From a virus (taxonomy: Duplodnaviria; Caudoviricetes): a stretch of 64,000 nucleotides of DNA. Of the stretch, positions 20,338-30,473 are shown in pieces. The first letter of the stretch is position 1; every line of letters starts with the position of its first letter. The DNA lies in IMG/VR virus record IMGVR_UViG_3300042890_004365, positions 10,510-74,509 of that record; one strand, written 5' to 3'. The translations under genes and the position numbers were made by a program. The notes beneath the pieces are model-generated. The model did no database searches and was not told the DNA's origin. It worked only from the letters and a program-made list of their open reading frames with translations.

Positions 20338-21066
20338 ATGAAATGGATCAAATTAAATGAAAGTTCCTTAAAATTAGGGAACGTAATGACTAAGAAATAT
20401 GGTGAATTTAACTCAATAGATTGGTTAAATGGGAAAATTAAAAAATATATCGAAAGTATATATGAACCATTTGGTTTTAGATATGGTGTGAATCAAGATT
20501 TAAACATAGAAGGTCAGATTATAAGTAGTGAATATATCAGTAAAATGGTAAATAACTATACCGTATTTAAAGTAATTATTAAGGAAAATTCTATTAGAAC
20601 AGAAGCGGCATTTTATCACTTTATGACTAATAATATGAAAGAAATATATCACTGGGAAGGTAAATACTTTAAACGTATTACTTTACCTGTTTTAATCAAT
20701 ACTTCCAGAAGAGGAAATGTAGGAGAACAAGATTCTCTAAGATTCTTTAAACAATCATTACAAGAAAAGAAAGGAATTTCTGTAAACTTTATTCCACCAA
20801 CCGTTGAAGAAGATATTTCTGGAATTGATGGTAAATTTATTTGGTTAGGTAAAGAAGTAACTATTCAAGTTAAACCTTATGATAGAGCCGTTATTAGCGA
20901 ATCAACAAGAAAAGTGAAAGTTCACTCACCAGGATCATTATCGTTGAATACAGACTACCTAGTCGTTTATAAAGGACAATCATTTATTATTGTAAGAGGT
21001 AAAGATGTTACAATAGAAGGAAATAACTTTACATTTCAAGAAGATAAAGTAGTAGCAAAAACATAA
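20338..21066 (+). CDS. Putative PD-(D/E)xK restriction-endonuclease-fold protein
   Basis: GNVGE...EEDISGIDGKF...TIQVK pattern (E..D..QxK). Confidence 0.5.
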   Translation: MKWIKLNESSLKLGNVMTKKYGEFNSIDWLNGKIKKYIESIYEPFGFRYGVNQDLNIEGQIISSEYISKMVNNYTVFKVIIKENSIRTEAAFYHFMTNNMKEIYHWEGKYFKRITLPVLINTSRRGNVGEQDSLRFFKQSLQEKKGISVNFIPPTVEEDISGIDGKFIWLGKEVTIQVKPYDRAVISESTRKVKVHSPGSLSLNTDYLVVYKGQSFIIVRGKDVTIEGNNFTFQEDKVVAKT

Positions 21067-21073
21067 AGTATAT

Positions 21074-21385
21074 ATGAAAAGAATTGATACATTTAATAAG
21101 TTTAATGAAAGTGAAGACAATAAAAGGTTTGTAGGTCCTAATGGAGAGTTTCAACCTACGGAACAACCAAAAGAAGGAACTACTACTATACAATTTATGG
21201 AGGAATTACTTGAATGGATATATTATCATGATAGTATGCCTTTTGAAGAAAAAATGAAATTCATAACTGGTATTGAAGAACAGATACAATTACTTCTAAA
21301 TGGTGATGGAGGTGGTGCTCCATTTGGTATGCCAATCAACTATATACCAACTTGGTCAACAAAACTAAAGAAAGATTTAGAATAA
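21074..21385 (+). CDS. Hypothetical protein, candidate internal head protein
   Basis: MKRIDTFNKFNES N-terminus; terminator at 21385-21413. Confidence 0.7.
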   Translation: MKRIDTFNKFNESEDNKRFVGPNGEFQPTEQPKEGTTTIQFMEELLEWIYYHDSMPFEEKMKFITGIEEQIQLLLNGDGGGAPFGMPINYIPTWSTKLKKDLE

Positions 21386-21415
21386 AAAATCCTCTCAATT
21401 TGAGAGGATTTTTTA

Positions 21416-22828
21416 TTAGAAGCCACCGAAGATGTCCATCACGACCGACAACCTTTTAGTTATTTCAGGTAAACCTAATGGTTCAATAATCGAATTAATT
21501 GGAGAAAGTATAGCTTTCGCGAACTGTTCGTCATAATCTATCTGCGGAGCGAACTCATGAGGAAAAGAGCCTCTCATATAAGCAAATTGATCATTTACAG
21601 TTTTATCCTTACAAACATAATACTTAATCTTTGTACCCGATTTAATAAACTCATACTTCTGTTGTGCTGCTCTATCTAAATTTAATAGGTAATTGTGATA
21701 AGCTGCGGCCTTGACTGCAAAGTGAGCACCATTTACATATCGTAAAGGTAAAATCTTATCATCAATAATTTTAGCATCATAGTTAGAACAAGAAGACTGC
21801 ATCGCTATATCATCAATATCCGCCAACTCAAACTCTTTTCTAAGATTTTTAACTAACTTCAATAATTCTTTAATGTTGAATGTATCTGGATTAGAAAATA
21901 AGTATCTTACAATATCTACAATCTTATCTCTTGCAAATAAAGGTGTAGATGATCTTACAAGTTCAACTCCTTTAGGGAATATATAACTCATCGGATCAAA
22001 GTTGATACCATCTTCGTGTACAATATGTTGAATGTATTTCTTTTTAGCAATGTTTATAATTGATTCAGAAATCTTTTCTAACTCAAAATCTTCTTTATTC
22101 TCTACTCCAAATGAAGCAGCATAATTCTCTAAACATTGTTTGAAATATCCACCATATCTGAAATGGTCTAAACCTTGAATTAAGTCTAATTCACTAGTCC
22201 AATTCCATTTTATTTCCGATGTAAATACACCATCATTTATCATAGTATTAAGATTTCTATCTTTAATGAAATGACCATCAAATACTAATAGGTCATACGC
22301 ATTACAAATTGTATCTTTTAGTTCACTAACTGAATGAACTACGGCAACACAATTTGGATTATTATGTCTTACTTTTTCTTTTGAAAGAACAATAAACTTT
22401 TTATCAATCTTATCAACTTCACTTAAAACTAAATTCTCCCAATCACAATGATCAATTGCAGGTTTAAATGATACAAATAATGAGTCAGTATCAGCATAAA
22501 TACTAACATGTTCATTTTTATCAATTTGAGTAACATTTTTTATTCCTACTTTATCATGTACTTCAAAATCAAGATGCCATTGGTTATACCAATAATCTTC
22601 ATTTACTCTATCCATTGTTTTTGTAAGGTCACGACCTTGTGCCGTTATTGTACCTGCTACGTGATTATTATATAATATGAAGTAAGCCGTTGCAAAAGCT
22701 CCGTAAGATCCATTTAATACTAATTTTAATGCGGTTTGCATTGCATTATAGTACTCAACATCTTTTTTAAGTTGAACTGCTTGTATTTTAAGTTGTTCTA
22801 TTTTTATTTTTTTCTCTTCTTTTGTCAT
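21416..22828 (-). CDS. Family B DNA polymerase, C-terminal subunit (split gp43)
   Basis: Motif B ALKLVLNGSYG, ITAQGR, motif C YADTDS, KKKY, KGVELVRSSTP; no exonuclease or motif A. Start ATG 22828 preferred because the promoter box lies at 22833-22859. Confidence 0.9.
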   Translation of the reverse strand: MTKEEKKIKIEQLKIQAVQLKKDVEYYNAMQTALKLVLNGSYGAFATAYFILYNNHVAGTITAQGRDLTKTMDRVNEDYWYNQWHLDFEVHDKVGIKNVTQIDKNEHVSIYADTDSLFVSFKPAIDHCDWENLVLSEVDKIDKKFIVLSKEKVRHNNPNCVAVVHSVSELKDTICNAYDLLVFDGHFIKDRNLNTMINDGVFTSEIKWNWTSELDLIQGLDHFRYGGYFKQCLENYAASFGVENKEDFELEKISESIINIAKKKYIQHIVHEDGINFDPMSYIFPKGVELVRSSTPLFARDKIVDIVRYLFSNPDTFNIKELLKLVKNLRKEFELADIDDIAMQSSCSNYDAKIIDDKILPLRYVNGAHFAVKAAAYHNYLLNLDRAAQQKYEFIKSGTKIKYYVCKDKTVNDQFAYMRGSFPHEFAPQIDYDEQFAKAILSPINSIIEPLGLPEITKRLSVVMDIFGGF

Positions 22829-22879
22829 AGAAATTATATCATTCATAATAGAAAAGTTTTTAAATAAAAAAGAAGAACA

Positions 22880-23413
22880 TTAGTTCTTCTTTTTTGGTTT
22901 TAATATCATAAGCCATTTACTAGATTCCAATTTAGGAACGTTTTCTGCAGATCCAAACTCTTCAAGTAAGGTAGCAAATTTTAACATTACTAATTGTCCT
23001 CTATCTGGATTACCTTTTTGTCTTCCTTTTAATTGAATAACACATTTTACCTTGTCATTATCTAATAAGAACTCTTTACCTTTTTTAGCTTTAATCTCTA
23101 AATCGTGATCTGAAATCTCACAAGAAAGTTTTATTTCTTTTAATTCTGATTTTATGGCATTTTTCTTTTGTTCTTTTAACATTTTCTCAATGTTATAAAG
23201 GAACTTACCATAGTCTTCAATTTTGGCAATAGGTGGATCTTGGTTCTCATTGATTAAAATAAGATCTTTACCTTCTTCATCAGCAAGACGAAGTGCTTCT
23301 TTAGTTCTCATTACTTCCGGTGCTGCACCGGTAACGATTAGTCTAACCTCAAATGACTTAATTTCGTCATTTATTTTGTGTTTTCTTTTGTTGTTTGGTT
23401 GTTTTCTATTCAA
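22880..23413 (-). CDS. infC: Translation initiation factor IF-3, non-AUG start
   Basis: INDEI..EVRLI, EALRLA, DPPIAKIEDYGKFLY, KEIKL..I.DHDLEIK, DKVK..KGRQ; TTG start with in-frame ATT codons at 23422 and 23425. Confidence 0.92.
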   Translation of the reverse strand: MNRKQPNNKRKHKINDEIKSFEVRLIVTGAAPEVMRTKEALRLADEEGKDLILINENQDPPIAKIEDYGKFLYNIEKMLKEQKKNAIKSELKEIKLSCEISDHDLEIKAKKGKEFLLDNDKVKCVIQLKGRQKGNPDRGQLVMLKFATLLEEFGSAENVPKLESSKWLMILKPKKKN

Positions 23414-23595
23414 GGTTTGAATAATTTAATTATTTTTATTTGTCGGTTTATATATTTATTATTAAAATCATAAGAATTCTTTTTACAGATTTCCCACCAT
23501 TTACTTTTTTTTCTAAATGATTCAAGTGGTATTTTGATAACAAATCTAAAATTATCATCAATTATACTCCAATTTATCTTATTGGCCATATCCAT
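23410..23595 (-). CDS. Small hypothetical protein ending RQIKIIKLF
   Basis: Follows a TAAAC-N17-TATAAT box (23594-23621), so ATG 23589 may be the real start; stop overlaps the infC TTG. Confidence 0.55.
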   Translation of the reverse strand: MDMANKINWSIIDDNFRFVIKIPLESFRKKSKWWEICKKNSYDFNNKYINRQIKIIKLFKP

Positions 23596-23631
23596 TATAT
23601 TTTTAATAGTTAGAAAGTTTATATATACTTT

Positions 23632-24057
23632 ATGAAATATATTAAACTTTTTGAGGACCTATTTGAAGATAATCTTCAAGACTTTTGTGACACTTATCTG
23701 GCTTATCTAAAAGACGAAGGATTTAATATTTATATTAATAGTGCGGGGTGGAAAGATGGTGAAATAACTATTTCACATCCTTGTGATAGTTACAATCCGT
23801 TTCGCAGAATAGATTTTATGCTTGACGATTTTTCTTGGAATGAAGTTAAGGACCACATTATTCCTTTTTTACAAATGTTATATAAAGAGTATAATTATGA
23901 TAAATCAACCGATAAAATACTATTTTTTACATCAAATGCCAAATATATTACTAAATCATTTGATGATGTTGTAAGTGATAAGATCTTTCCTGTAACAAAC
24001 ATGCCAATCAATAAAAGTATAAAAAAGATAATTATCAAAAAACCTTCTGAAAATTAA
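23632..24057 (+). CDS. Hypothetical protein, candidate internal head protein
   Basis: MKYIKLFEDLFED; TTTATATATA box at 23618-23627. Confidence 0.7.
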   Translation: MKYIKLFEDLFEDNLQDFCDTYLAYLKDEGFNIYINSAGWKDGEITISHPCDSYNPFRRIDFMLDDFSWNEVKDHIIPFLQMLYKEYNYDKSTDKILFFTSNAKYITKSFDDVVSDKIFPVTNMPINKSIKKIIIKKPSEN

Positions 24058-24833
24058 TCATCAGAGAAGTCTTGTTCAAAGCTCAACATCAAATTTGAGT
24101 TTTCATCTTTTATCAACATAAAGTTATCAAAGATAATAAATTCTATATTCTCCATCTTATCATTTATACAACCTAAAAATCTTTTATTTAAAATTAAACT
24201 AGCAGTTCTATCATCGTTTAAATTATCGACTTCTAATTCCCAAGAAGATTTCTCTGATAAAGTAACAACTCCTTTAACAACGTCCATATTTATGATTCTC
24301 TCGCCATTTATACCAGATAACTTTTTAATGTCTAAGAAATCACTATTAGGAATATTAAAAGTCCATTTTTTATTTCTAACATCTAATCGTTGAGCCAATG
24401 CTGCTTTACCAATATCTCTTATTGTTCCTCCTTCACCACCTAACCAGTTTACTTTAAACTTACCAGAAGATACTTGAAGACCTCTAGCTAAATATAATGA
24501 ATCATCATCTGGTGATTCCTTATAAGAAACATCAAAACCTATTTTATCCATATCTTTTATGAATGCTAAGTTTTTAACAAATCTTTTGGCAGAAGGAATT
24601 ATTATGTCTAATGAAAAATCTTCCATATCATTATCAAAGTAGTCTTTTGTAGGTAAAAGAAAGTTTTTGAATGCCAAAATAACATTACCACCACCTAACA
24701 TTGCATACATTAAAATATTTTCATTATCTATCTTTAATTTAACGGTGTCATCAATGGATGCTACGGTATTTAACTTCTCAACGAAGTCACTAAACATATT
24801 TGGTACTACTTTTAACTTTACTTTTCCTGCCAT
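24054..24833 (-). CDS. Probable DNA sliding clamp (gp45/PCNA-like)
   Basis: 259 aa with an apparent two-domain helix/strand pattern; middle-type promoter shared with replication genes; no diagnostic motif. Confidence 0.55.
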   Translation of the reverse strand: MAGKVKLKVVPNMFSDFVEKLNTVASIDDTVKLKIDNENILMYAMLGGGNVILAFKNFLLPTKDYFDNDMEDFSLDIIIPSAKRFVKNLAFIKDMDKIGFDVSYKESPDDDSLYLARGLQVSSGKFKVNWLGGEGGTIRDIGKAALAQRLDVRNKKWTFNIPNSDFLDIKKLSGINGERIINMDVVKGVVTLSEKSSWELEVDNLNDDRTASLILNKRFLGCINDKMENIEFIIFDNFMLIKDENSNLMLSFEQDFSDD

Positions 24834-24903
24834 ATTTAATTTAATTATTAGAGATTATATGAAAAAGTTGATTTTTTGTTTAATAGTTTTTAATATATAA
24901 TTT

Positions 24904-25875
24904 ATGATTAAAAACTGGAACCAATTTATCAACGAGAATGTCACTAACCCAGATAGTTATTTAGACATGAGAATGCAAGAAATCAAAGATTTACTTGACA
25001 ACACTGAAAATAGTGATACACTTATATATGAGTGGGAGAATAAAGATGACCATGAGTTGTTTATAAATTTTTCTGCAAATGGTATGAACGTTAGATATGA
25101 ATTTGACATTGATGATATGAAAGTTACTAAAATTGCAAATGATGTACACGACTTTACTGAAGAAGTTGAATCAATGGAAGAAGGAGTTGAAATGATTGAA
25201 AAAGATATTCACTCTATATTGGGTATATCTGAAAGTAAAGTAAATGAAGCAATCGTTGATTACAAAAATGATTCCATAGATGGTTTAATGGGAGAAATCA
25301 ATACATATCCGAGACACCATAGATTTCAAATACCGGAACTGACTGCACTTGGAGCAGAGTATGATATAGAGATTGTAGATTATAATACTTTCTTAAATGA
25401 TTTACCAGAAAGGGATAAAGCAACTGTACCACCAAGATCATCTCAGTTTTTTGCATTAGTAAATCCAGTTACAAAAAGACCTAGAGTTGTTTTAAATTTA
25501 CCAATGCCTTTTATACCAAAAGACTTCTTTGACCAAGTTCCACTTGGTGATATACTTAAACATGAACAAATACACGTTGGACAACATTCTAGAAGACCTA
25601 ATATAGATATGCCTTTACCAGAACCAAAAGATCAGAAAAAATATTTCTCTAATAAAGATGAAGTTATGGCATTTGCATTTTCAATTGCCAAAGAAGTAGT
25701 TACTATGTTTCCAACAATCACAACTCCTAAAGAAGGAATAGATAAACTTACACAAAATTCAAGTAGATTTAGATTATATGTTGATATTAAAAGAAATGTT
25801 GATCCATTTATCTTAAAAAGATACCACAAATATATCTACTTATATTTAGAAGACTTATTGAAAACCGAAGAATAA
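24904..25875 (+). CDS. Protein with C-terminal zincin-like HExxH domain
   Basis: LKHEQIHVGQ and downstream YFSNKDEVMAFA; N-terminal MIKNWNQFINE; internal ISES/VNEA. Confidence 0.65.
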   Translation: MIKNWNQFINENVTNPDSYLDMRMQEIKDLLDNTENSDTLIYEWENKDDHELFINFSANGMNVRYEFDIDDMKVTKIANDVHDFTEEVESMEEGVEMIEKDIHSILGISESKVNEAIVDYKNDSIDGLMGEINTYPRHHRFQIPELTALGAEYDIEIVDYNTFLNDLPERDKATVPPRSSQFFALVNPVTKRPRVVLNLPMPFIPKDFFDQVPLGDILKHEQIHVGQHSRRPNIDMPLPEPKDQKKYFSNKDEVMAFAFSIAKEVVTMFPTITTPKEGIDKLTQNSSRFRLYVDIKRNVDPFILKRYHKYIYLYLEDLLKTEE

Positions 25876-26141
25876 TGAAACACTTAAACTTATTTGAAGA
25901 ATTCAATTTTGATATTGAACCATTTGATGTTCATGGTAATGACCTTGAAGCTATTATCGATGACCAAGATTTTTCATTTAAAGTAATAGATGGTGAAGTT
26001 AGTTTCTCAAGTGATGATGACTATGAAAGAGCATTTGAAATGGGTATTGAACTGGATGATGAGTTAAAATCTTATATACTTGATGAGTATAATAAGATGT
26101 TAAGTAAAACTAGAATGAAAAGATTTGGTTTCTTTAAATAG
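25875..26141 (+). CDS. Small acidic protein, candidate internal head protein
   Basis: MKHLNLFEEF start; TAATG coupling to the upstream gene. Confidence 0.7.
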   Translation: MKHLNLFEEFNFDIEPFDVHGNDLEAIIDDQDFSFKVIDGEVSFSSDDDYERAFEMGIELDDELKSYILDEYNKMLSKTRMKRFGFFK

Positions 26142-26468
26142 TTAAAGCATTTCACTTACATTATCTCTTATAAACTTTTCAATTTCTTTTAATTTCCTTC
26201 TGGACGTTTTTACATCAAGTTGTATTCTCCAATTACCTACTTTATTTTCATCATCTTCAGTAATTTCTCTTACATCTAATTTTAATTCAAGTAACTCTTC
26301 AAATAACTCAGGTTTTGAAAGTAAATCTTCTTTAGTAAATGCTTTATTTAACTTAGGAAATACATAATCACCATTTTCATTAGGTTCAGTAATATCCCCT
26401 TTTTGTAGAATTATTTCTTCACCAAATCCGGTATTTAATATAAAGTCGTTTATTAGTCTAAATTTCAT
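26142..26468 (-). CDS. Hypothetical protein
   Basis: 108-aa ORF with TAAAC-N17-TATAAT at 26473-26500. Confidence 0.7.
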   Translation of the reverse strand: MKFRLINDFILNTGFGEEIILQKGDITEPNENGDYVFPKLNKAFTKEDLLSKPELFEELLELKLDVREITEDDENKVGNWRIQLDVKTSRRKLKEIEKFIRDNVSEML

Positions 26469-26550
26469 AATGATTATATCAAAGTTGATAACTTTGTTTA
26501 AACTAATTTACATTTTCATGTATAACATAAGAACATTAAAAATATCTAAA

Positions 26551-27621
26551 ATGAAATTAAACAAAAAGTTTTTAAAAGAGTACTTGAATAGTACTTCTCC
26601 AACAGGGTTTGAGTATGAATTAGGTGGACAAAAAGTTTGGATGGACAATATTGAAAAGTATGTCGATTCGGTAGAACTTGATAATTATGGTACTGCTTAT
26701 GGTGTTACCGGTAATTTAGAGTCTGACTTTAAAGTTGTTATCGAAGCACACTCTGATGAAATCAGTTGGTTTGTAAACTACATTGACTCAAAAGGATATA
26801 TTAGAGTTATTAGAAATGGTGGCTCTGACGTACAAATTGCTCCTTCTATGAGAGTAAATCTATGGGGTGAAAAGGGTGCCGTTACAGGTGTCTTTGGACA
26901 TCCAGCGATACATATCTCTGATAGAAAGAAAGAGGTTGATTTAAACTCAATTTTTATCGATATTGGTGCTTCTTCAAAAGAAGATGTTGCTAAAATGGGT
27001 ATTAAAGTTGGTACAGTAGTTACTTTTAAAGATGAGTTGATGAAACTTGGTAACGATTACTACTCTGGTAGAGCTCTTGACAACAGAATTGGTGGTTTTA
27101 TGATTGCCGAGGTTGCAAGAAAATTGAAAGAGAAAGGTAAAAAACTACCATTTAAACTTTACATTGTTAATTCTGTTCAAGAAGAAATTGGATTACGTGG
27201 TGCTGAAATGATTGCACACACAATTAAACCAAATGTTGCTATTGTAACTGATGTTTGTCATGAAACATCATCACCTTGTTATACCGCAAGTAAACAAGGA
27301 GATCACATTGCTGGTGATGGAGGTGTTATTACAAGAGGTCCTGCAGTTCATAATAAATTGAGAAAATTGATTTTGGATACCGCAACGGCTAAAAAAATCC
27401 CTCACCAGTTAGCAGCATCTTCAAGATCAACTGGAACAGATACTGATGCGTTTGCTTATGCAAATGGTGGTACTCCTTCGGCACTTATTTCACTGCCATT
27501 GAAATATATGCACACAACGACTGAGACTGTTCATAAGAATGATATTAAAAATGTTATAGAGTTGATTTATGAGACTCTTCTAAATATTGAAGAGAATCAT
27601 AATTTTAAATACAACTCTTAA
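26551..27621 (+). CDS. M42 family metallo-aminopeptidase
   Basis: SPTGFE, EAHSDEI, RALDNRIG, VQEEIGLRGA, DVCH, GTDTD, LKYMHT; start revised to ATG 26551. Confidence 0.9.
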   Translation: MKLNKKFLKEYLNSTSPTGFEYELGGQKVWMDNIEKYVDSVELDNYGTAYGVTGNLESDFKVVIEAHSDEISWFVNYIDSKGYIRVIRNGGSDVQIAPSMRVNLWGEKGAVTGVFGHPAIHISDRKKEVDLNSIFIDIGASSKEDVAKMGIKVGTVVTFKDELMKLGNDYYSGRALDNRIGGFMIAEVARKLKEKGKKLPFKLYIVNSVQEEIGLRGAEMIAHTIKPNVAIVTDVCHETSSPCYTASKQGDHIAGDGGVITRGPAVHNKLRKLILDTATAKKIPHQLAASSRSTGTDTDAFAYANGGTPSALISLPLKYMHTTTETVHKNDIKNVIELIYETLLNIEENHNFKYNS

Positions 27622-27673
27622 AAAACAACCCATCTTTTTAAAAAGATGGGTTTTTTATTTAATATATAGTAGT

Positions 27674-28738
27674 ATGATTAGTAAGTACAACCAATTTTTA
27701 ATAAACGAATCTAAACTTATACTAGAAGCATTTTTAAGTGCAGATACAAGTTTTTTATCTAAATTAGATAAAATTTCAAGACAGTCAAATTTTTCCTCTA
27801 CAATTGCGGATATGCTTTTATCAAGAATTAATGATAAAGACTGGGTTTCTGAGGTGGATCTAAAACAAGATTTCTTTAAAACAACTGATGATAAAGACAA
27901 AGTATCTTTTATTCAAACAAATAGAGTAAAAGATGATGTAGATCCATATACAATGGCTGGTAGAAGTGATCTTAAAGTTGGTAGAGCTATAAAATATATA
28001 GCAAAAGATTTATATGACATTAAAATCACTGATAAACAAATAGAAGATTTTGTAAATGTTTATAAATCAATTGCAGATGAAGGAGAAGATGATTTTAGAT
28101 TTTATGTTGGTGATGAAATAAAATCAGGTTATATCGAAAAAAACTACTCTGATGCAAATTATGGAACTCTTGGTAGTTCTTGTATGACCGGACATCCATC
28201 ATTTCTTAAAATATACACTAAAAATGAAAAGAAAGTTAGATTACTAGTTCTTCTCGAAGATGGTAAAATATGTGGTAGAGCTTTAGTTTGGAAATTAGAT
28301 AAATCTCCTTGTGATGCAGAATATTTTATGGATAGGGTTTATACAAACCGTGATTACGAAGTAAATAAATTTACACAATATGCTGAGAAAAATGGTTGGT
28401 TATACAAACAAAGTATGACTTGTGGTGATTCTTGGGCAGTAAAGTTTAAATATAATAGGAAAGAAGTATTAGGAGAAATATCTGTTAAGATAGATGGTAA
28501 ACATCCTAAATATCCTTATATGGATACCTTATTTTGTTTAAATAAAGATAAAGATGAACTTTCTAATGTTCCTTCTTGGAAATGTTATAGATTATGGGAC
28601 ACCGATGGTGATCGTGAAAGATGTGATGATTGTGATGGTAAGTCAAAAAATAAAAATCTATGTTATGGTTGTTCTGAAGGTGTAATGGTTTTAAAACAAG
28701 CAGGTATTGAAATAGACGTTGAGAAAGGAAGAAGTTGA
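27674..28738 (+). CDS. Conserved phage protein (SCM..GRALVW..MDRVY family), paralogue of 40929..42071
   Basis: LKVGR, GTLGSSCM, GRALVW, FMDRVY, YPYMDT, C-terminal Cys pairs; start revised to ATG 27674 after late box 27659. Confidence 0.75.
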   Translation: MISKYNQFLINESKLILEAFLSADTSFLSKLDKISRQSNFSSTIADMLLSRINDKDWVSEVDLKQDFFKTTDDKDKVSFIQTNRVKDDVDPYTMAGRSDLKVGRAIKYIAKDLYDIKITDKQIEDFVNVYKSIADEGEDDFRFYVGDEIKSGYIEKNYSDANYGTLGSSCMTGHPSFLKIYTKNEKKVRLLVLLEDGKICGRALVWKLDKSPCDAEYFMDRVYTNRDYEVNKFTQYAEKNGWLYKQSMTCGDSWAVKFKYNRKEVLGEISVKIDGKHPKYPYMDTLFCLNKDKDELSNVPSWKCYRLWDTDGDRERCDDCDGKSKNKNLCYGCSEGVMVLKQAGIEIDVEKGRS

Positions 28739-28757
28739 AGCATAAATATTCTTGTCA

Positions 28758-29252
28758 TTACTTTCCTAAATAATTCATCAATTCAATCATATTCTTAACT
28801 GCAAATCCTAATGATTCAAGATTTTTAACAGTATCTCTCATATAAGAAATATAAGCTTCTATAATTTCTAATGCTCTATCATTTTCCGCTAAGTGACCAT
28901 CAATTAAAATACCCTTTTCTCCCATATTTGTTTTAACACCAAATCCTGTAGCATAAAAAATAAACTTATCTTGTTTAAGTTTTTTAATTTTAGTCATTTC
29001 TCTACTTCGTTTATTTAAAAAGAAGTTTATTTGTTCATTTAACATTTGTCTATATGAAAGTGCGATAGCTTGTGTATCTAATATCACCTTAGAATTTGTT
29101 GGGTTTGCTAAGTCTAATGATAAAGATTTAAAAAGTGGATCAACATTTTTACTCCACTCTGATCTTTTATCATTAAAGTATTCTTCTAACTTATCGTTAG
29201 TTTCTTTAGCTTTAGTAATTCTATCAATTTCTTCTTGACTAAATAAATTCAT
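28758..29252 (-). CDS. uvsY: UvsY-like recombination mediator
   Basis: Helical 164-aa protein ending LESLGFAVKNMIELMNYL, like the UvsY C-terminus. Confidence 0.6.
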   Translation of the reverse strand: MNLFSQEEIDRITKAKETNDKLEEYFNDKRSEWSKNVDPLFKSLSLDLANPTNSKVILDTQAIALSYRQMLNEQINFFLNKRSREMTKIKKLKQDKFIFYATGFGVKTNMGEKGILIDGHLAENDRALEIIEAYISYMRDTVKNLESLGFAVKNMIELMNYLGK

Positions 29253-29253
29253 A

Positions 29254-29655
29254 TTAAATATCCATTTTTTTTAATTTATAACCTCTTAACAAACCTTTTT
29301 GATTAGTATTTGTGAATGTATTATTTATTAAATCTCCAACTGTCTTTTCGAGATTATCTTGAATATATTCTTCAAAAATATTTGTCCATTTTTCCACTAA
29401 CTCAGTATCTTCAACTACGATATTATCCATATTAGAAAAAATATCAATACATTTATTTCGATTATCTATTACAATTGTAAAGTCTGATATATAAAGTCCA
29501 TTTTTTGAGAAACTAATTTCTGTCTCTTCTTGCTGTTCAACTTTAATATTTAAGTAGTAATGTCTGTAGCCATACTTCATCTTTTTTGATAGTGTAATAT
29601 CTTCACTCTCGATATTATTAAAAAGATGTGTTAAAAAGCTGTCTAATTCGTTCAT
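29254..29655 (-). CDS. Hypothetical protein ending LRGYKLKKM
   Basis: 133-aa ORF; TAAAC-N18-TATAAG at 29703-29731. Confidence 0.7.
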   Translation of the reverse strand: MNELDSFLTHLFNNIESEDITLSKKMKYGYRHYYLNIKVEQQEETEISFSKNGLYISDFTIVIDNRNKCIDIFSNMDNIVVEDTELVEKWTNIFEEYIQDNLEKTVGDLINNTFTNTNQKGLLRGYKLKKMDI

Positions 29656-29764
29656 TCATAGGCCATTATTTTTTAATTCCTAATTAAGGAGTTAAACTTC
29701 AACTTATATGAAATACTAACATGTTAGTTTAAAAGAAAAAACCTCACTAAGTGAGGTTTTTTAA

Positions 29765-30442
29765 TTATTTCTTTGTGAAAAAACTTTTTAAATGTTGCAT
29801 TGGATTAGTTTTACCTTTCCCATATTTCCCAGTATCCATATTAAGTATAGCATTTTTTGTAAGTGGATAATCATACTCTTCTTCTGTATAATTCATATTT
29901 CTCATATGATTATCATGTTCTGTATGTGAACTTTCTGGTCCACCTAAAAGAGGTTTCTCTTCCTGATTACTATGTGCTGTAATAAAGTTAAATACTTCTT
30001 CAACATCATCCTTAGAGGATGTAATATGATCTGATGCCCAGTCATGTTCTTTTAACATTGTATCGATTTCTGTTCTATCCATTTCTAATAACTTATCAAC
30101 TAATCTTTTGATAGTTTCTAAGTTAGAGAAAAACATATAGTTCTCTTCTTCATTGTTCTCTTTAATTGCTTTAAGTTTACTTAAAGTTTTAGCTAACTCC
30201 AATCTTCTTTTTTTAGTAGCATCTTTTTTATCTAATTGAGTACCTGGTTTTTTCTTATCTTTATCCTTAGCTTTTAATTTAGAAAGTTCTGAATCGATTT
30301 CTTTTTTAGAAATTTTCTCATCATCTTTTTTACCTAAAGATTTTTTTAATGCACCTGGATGTTTAATTGCATCTTTGATCCAATTTTTCTTCTCATTGAA
30401 CTCTTCTGAATTATCATTAAAGTTTTCAAATTTCTTAATCAT
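29765..30442 (-). CDS. Basic protein, candidate internal head/DNA-binding protein
   Basis: MIKKFENF..FNE; KKNWIKDAIKHPGALKKSLG basic module; late box at 30468. Confidence 0.7.
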   Translation of the reverse strand: MIKKFENFNDNSEEFNEKKNWIKDAIKHPGALKKSLGKKDDEKISKKEIDSELSKLKAKDKDKKKPGTQLDKKDATKKRRLELAKTLSKLKAIKENNEEENYMFFSNLETIKRLVDKLLEMDRTEIDTMLKEHDWASDHITSSKDDVEEVFNFITAHSNQEEKPLLGGPESSHTEHDNHMRNMNYTEEEYDYPLTKNAILNMDTGKYGKGKTNPMQHLKSFFTKK

Positions 30443-30473
30443 AACTTTTTAATTATTTTTATAATACTATATA

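Noticed and set aside
22200-22460. Intein in the polymerase insertion
   Set aside because: No terminal HN-[CST] junction or LAGLIDADG motifs seen
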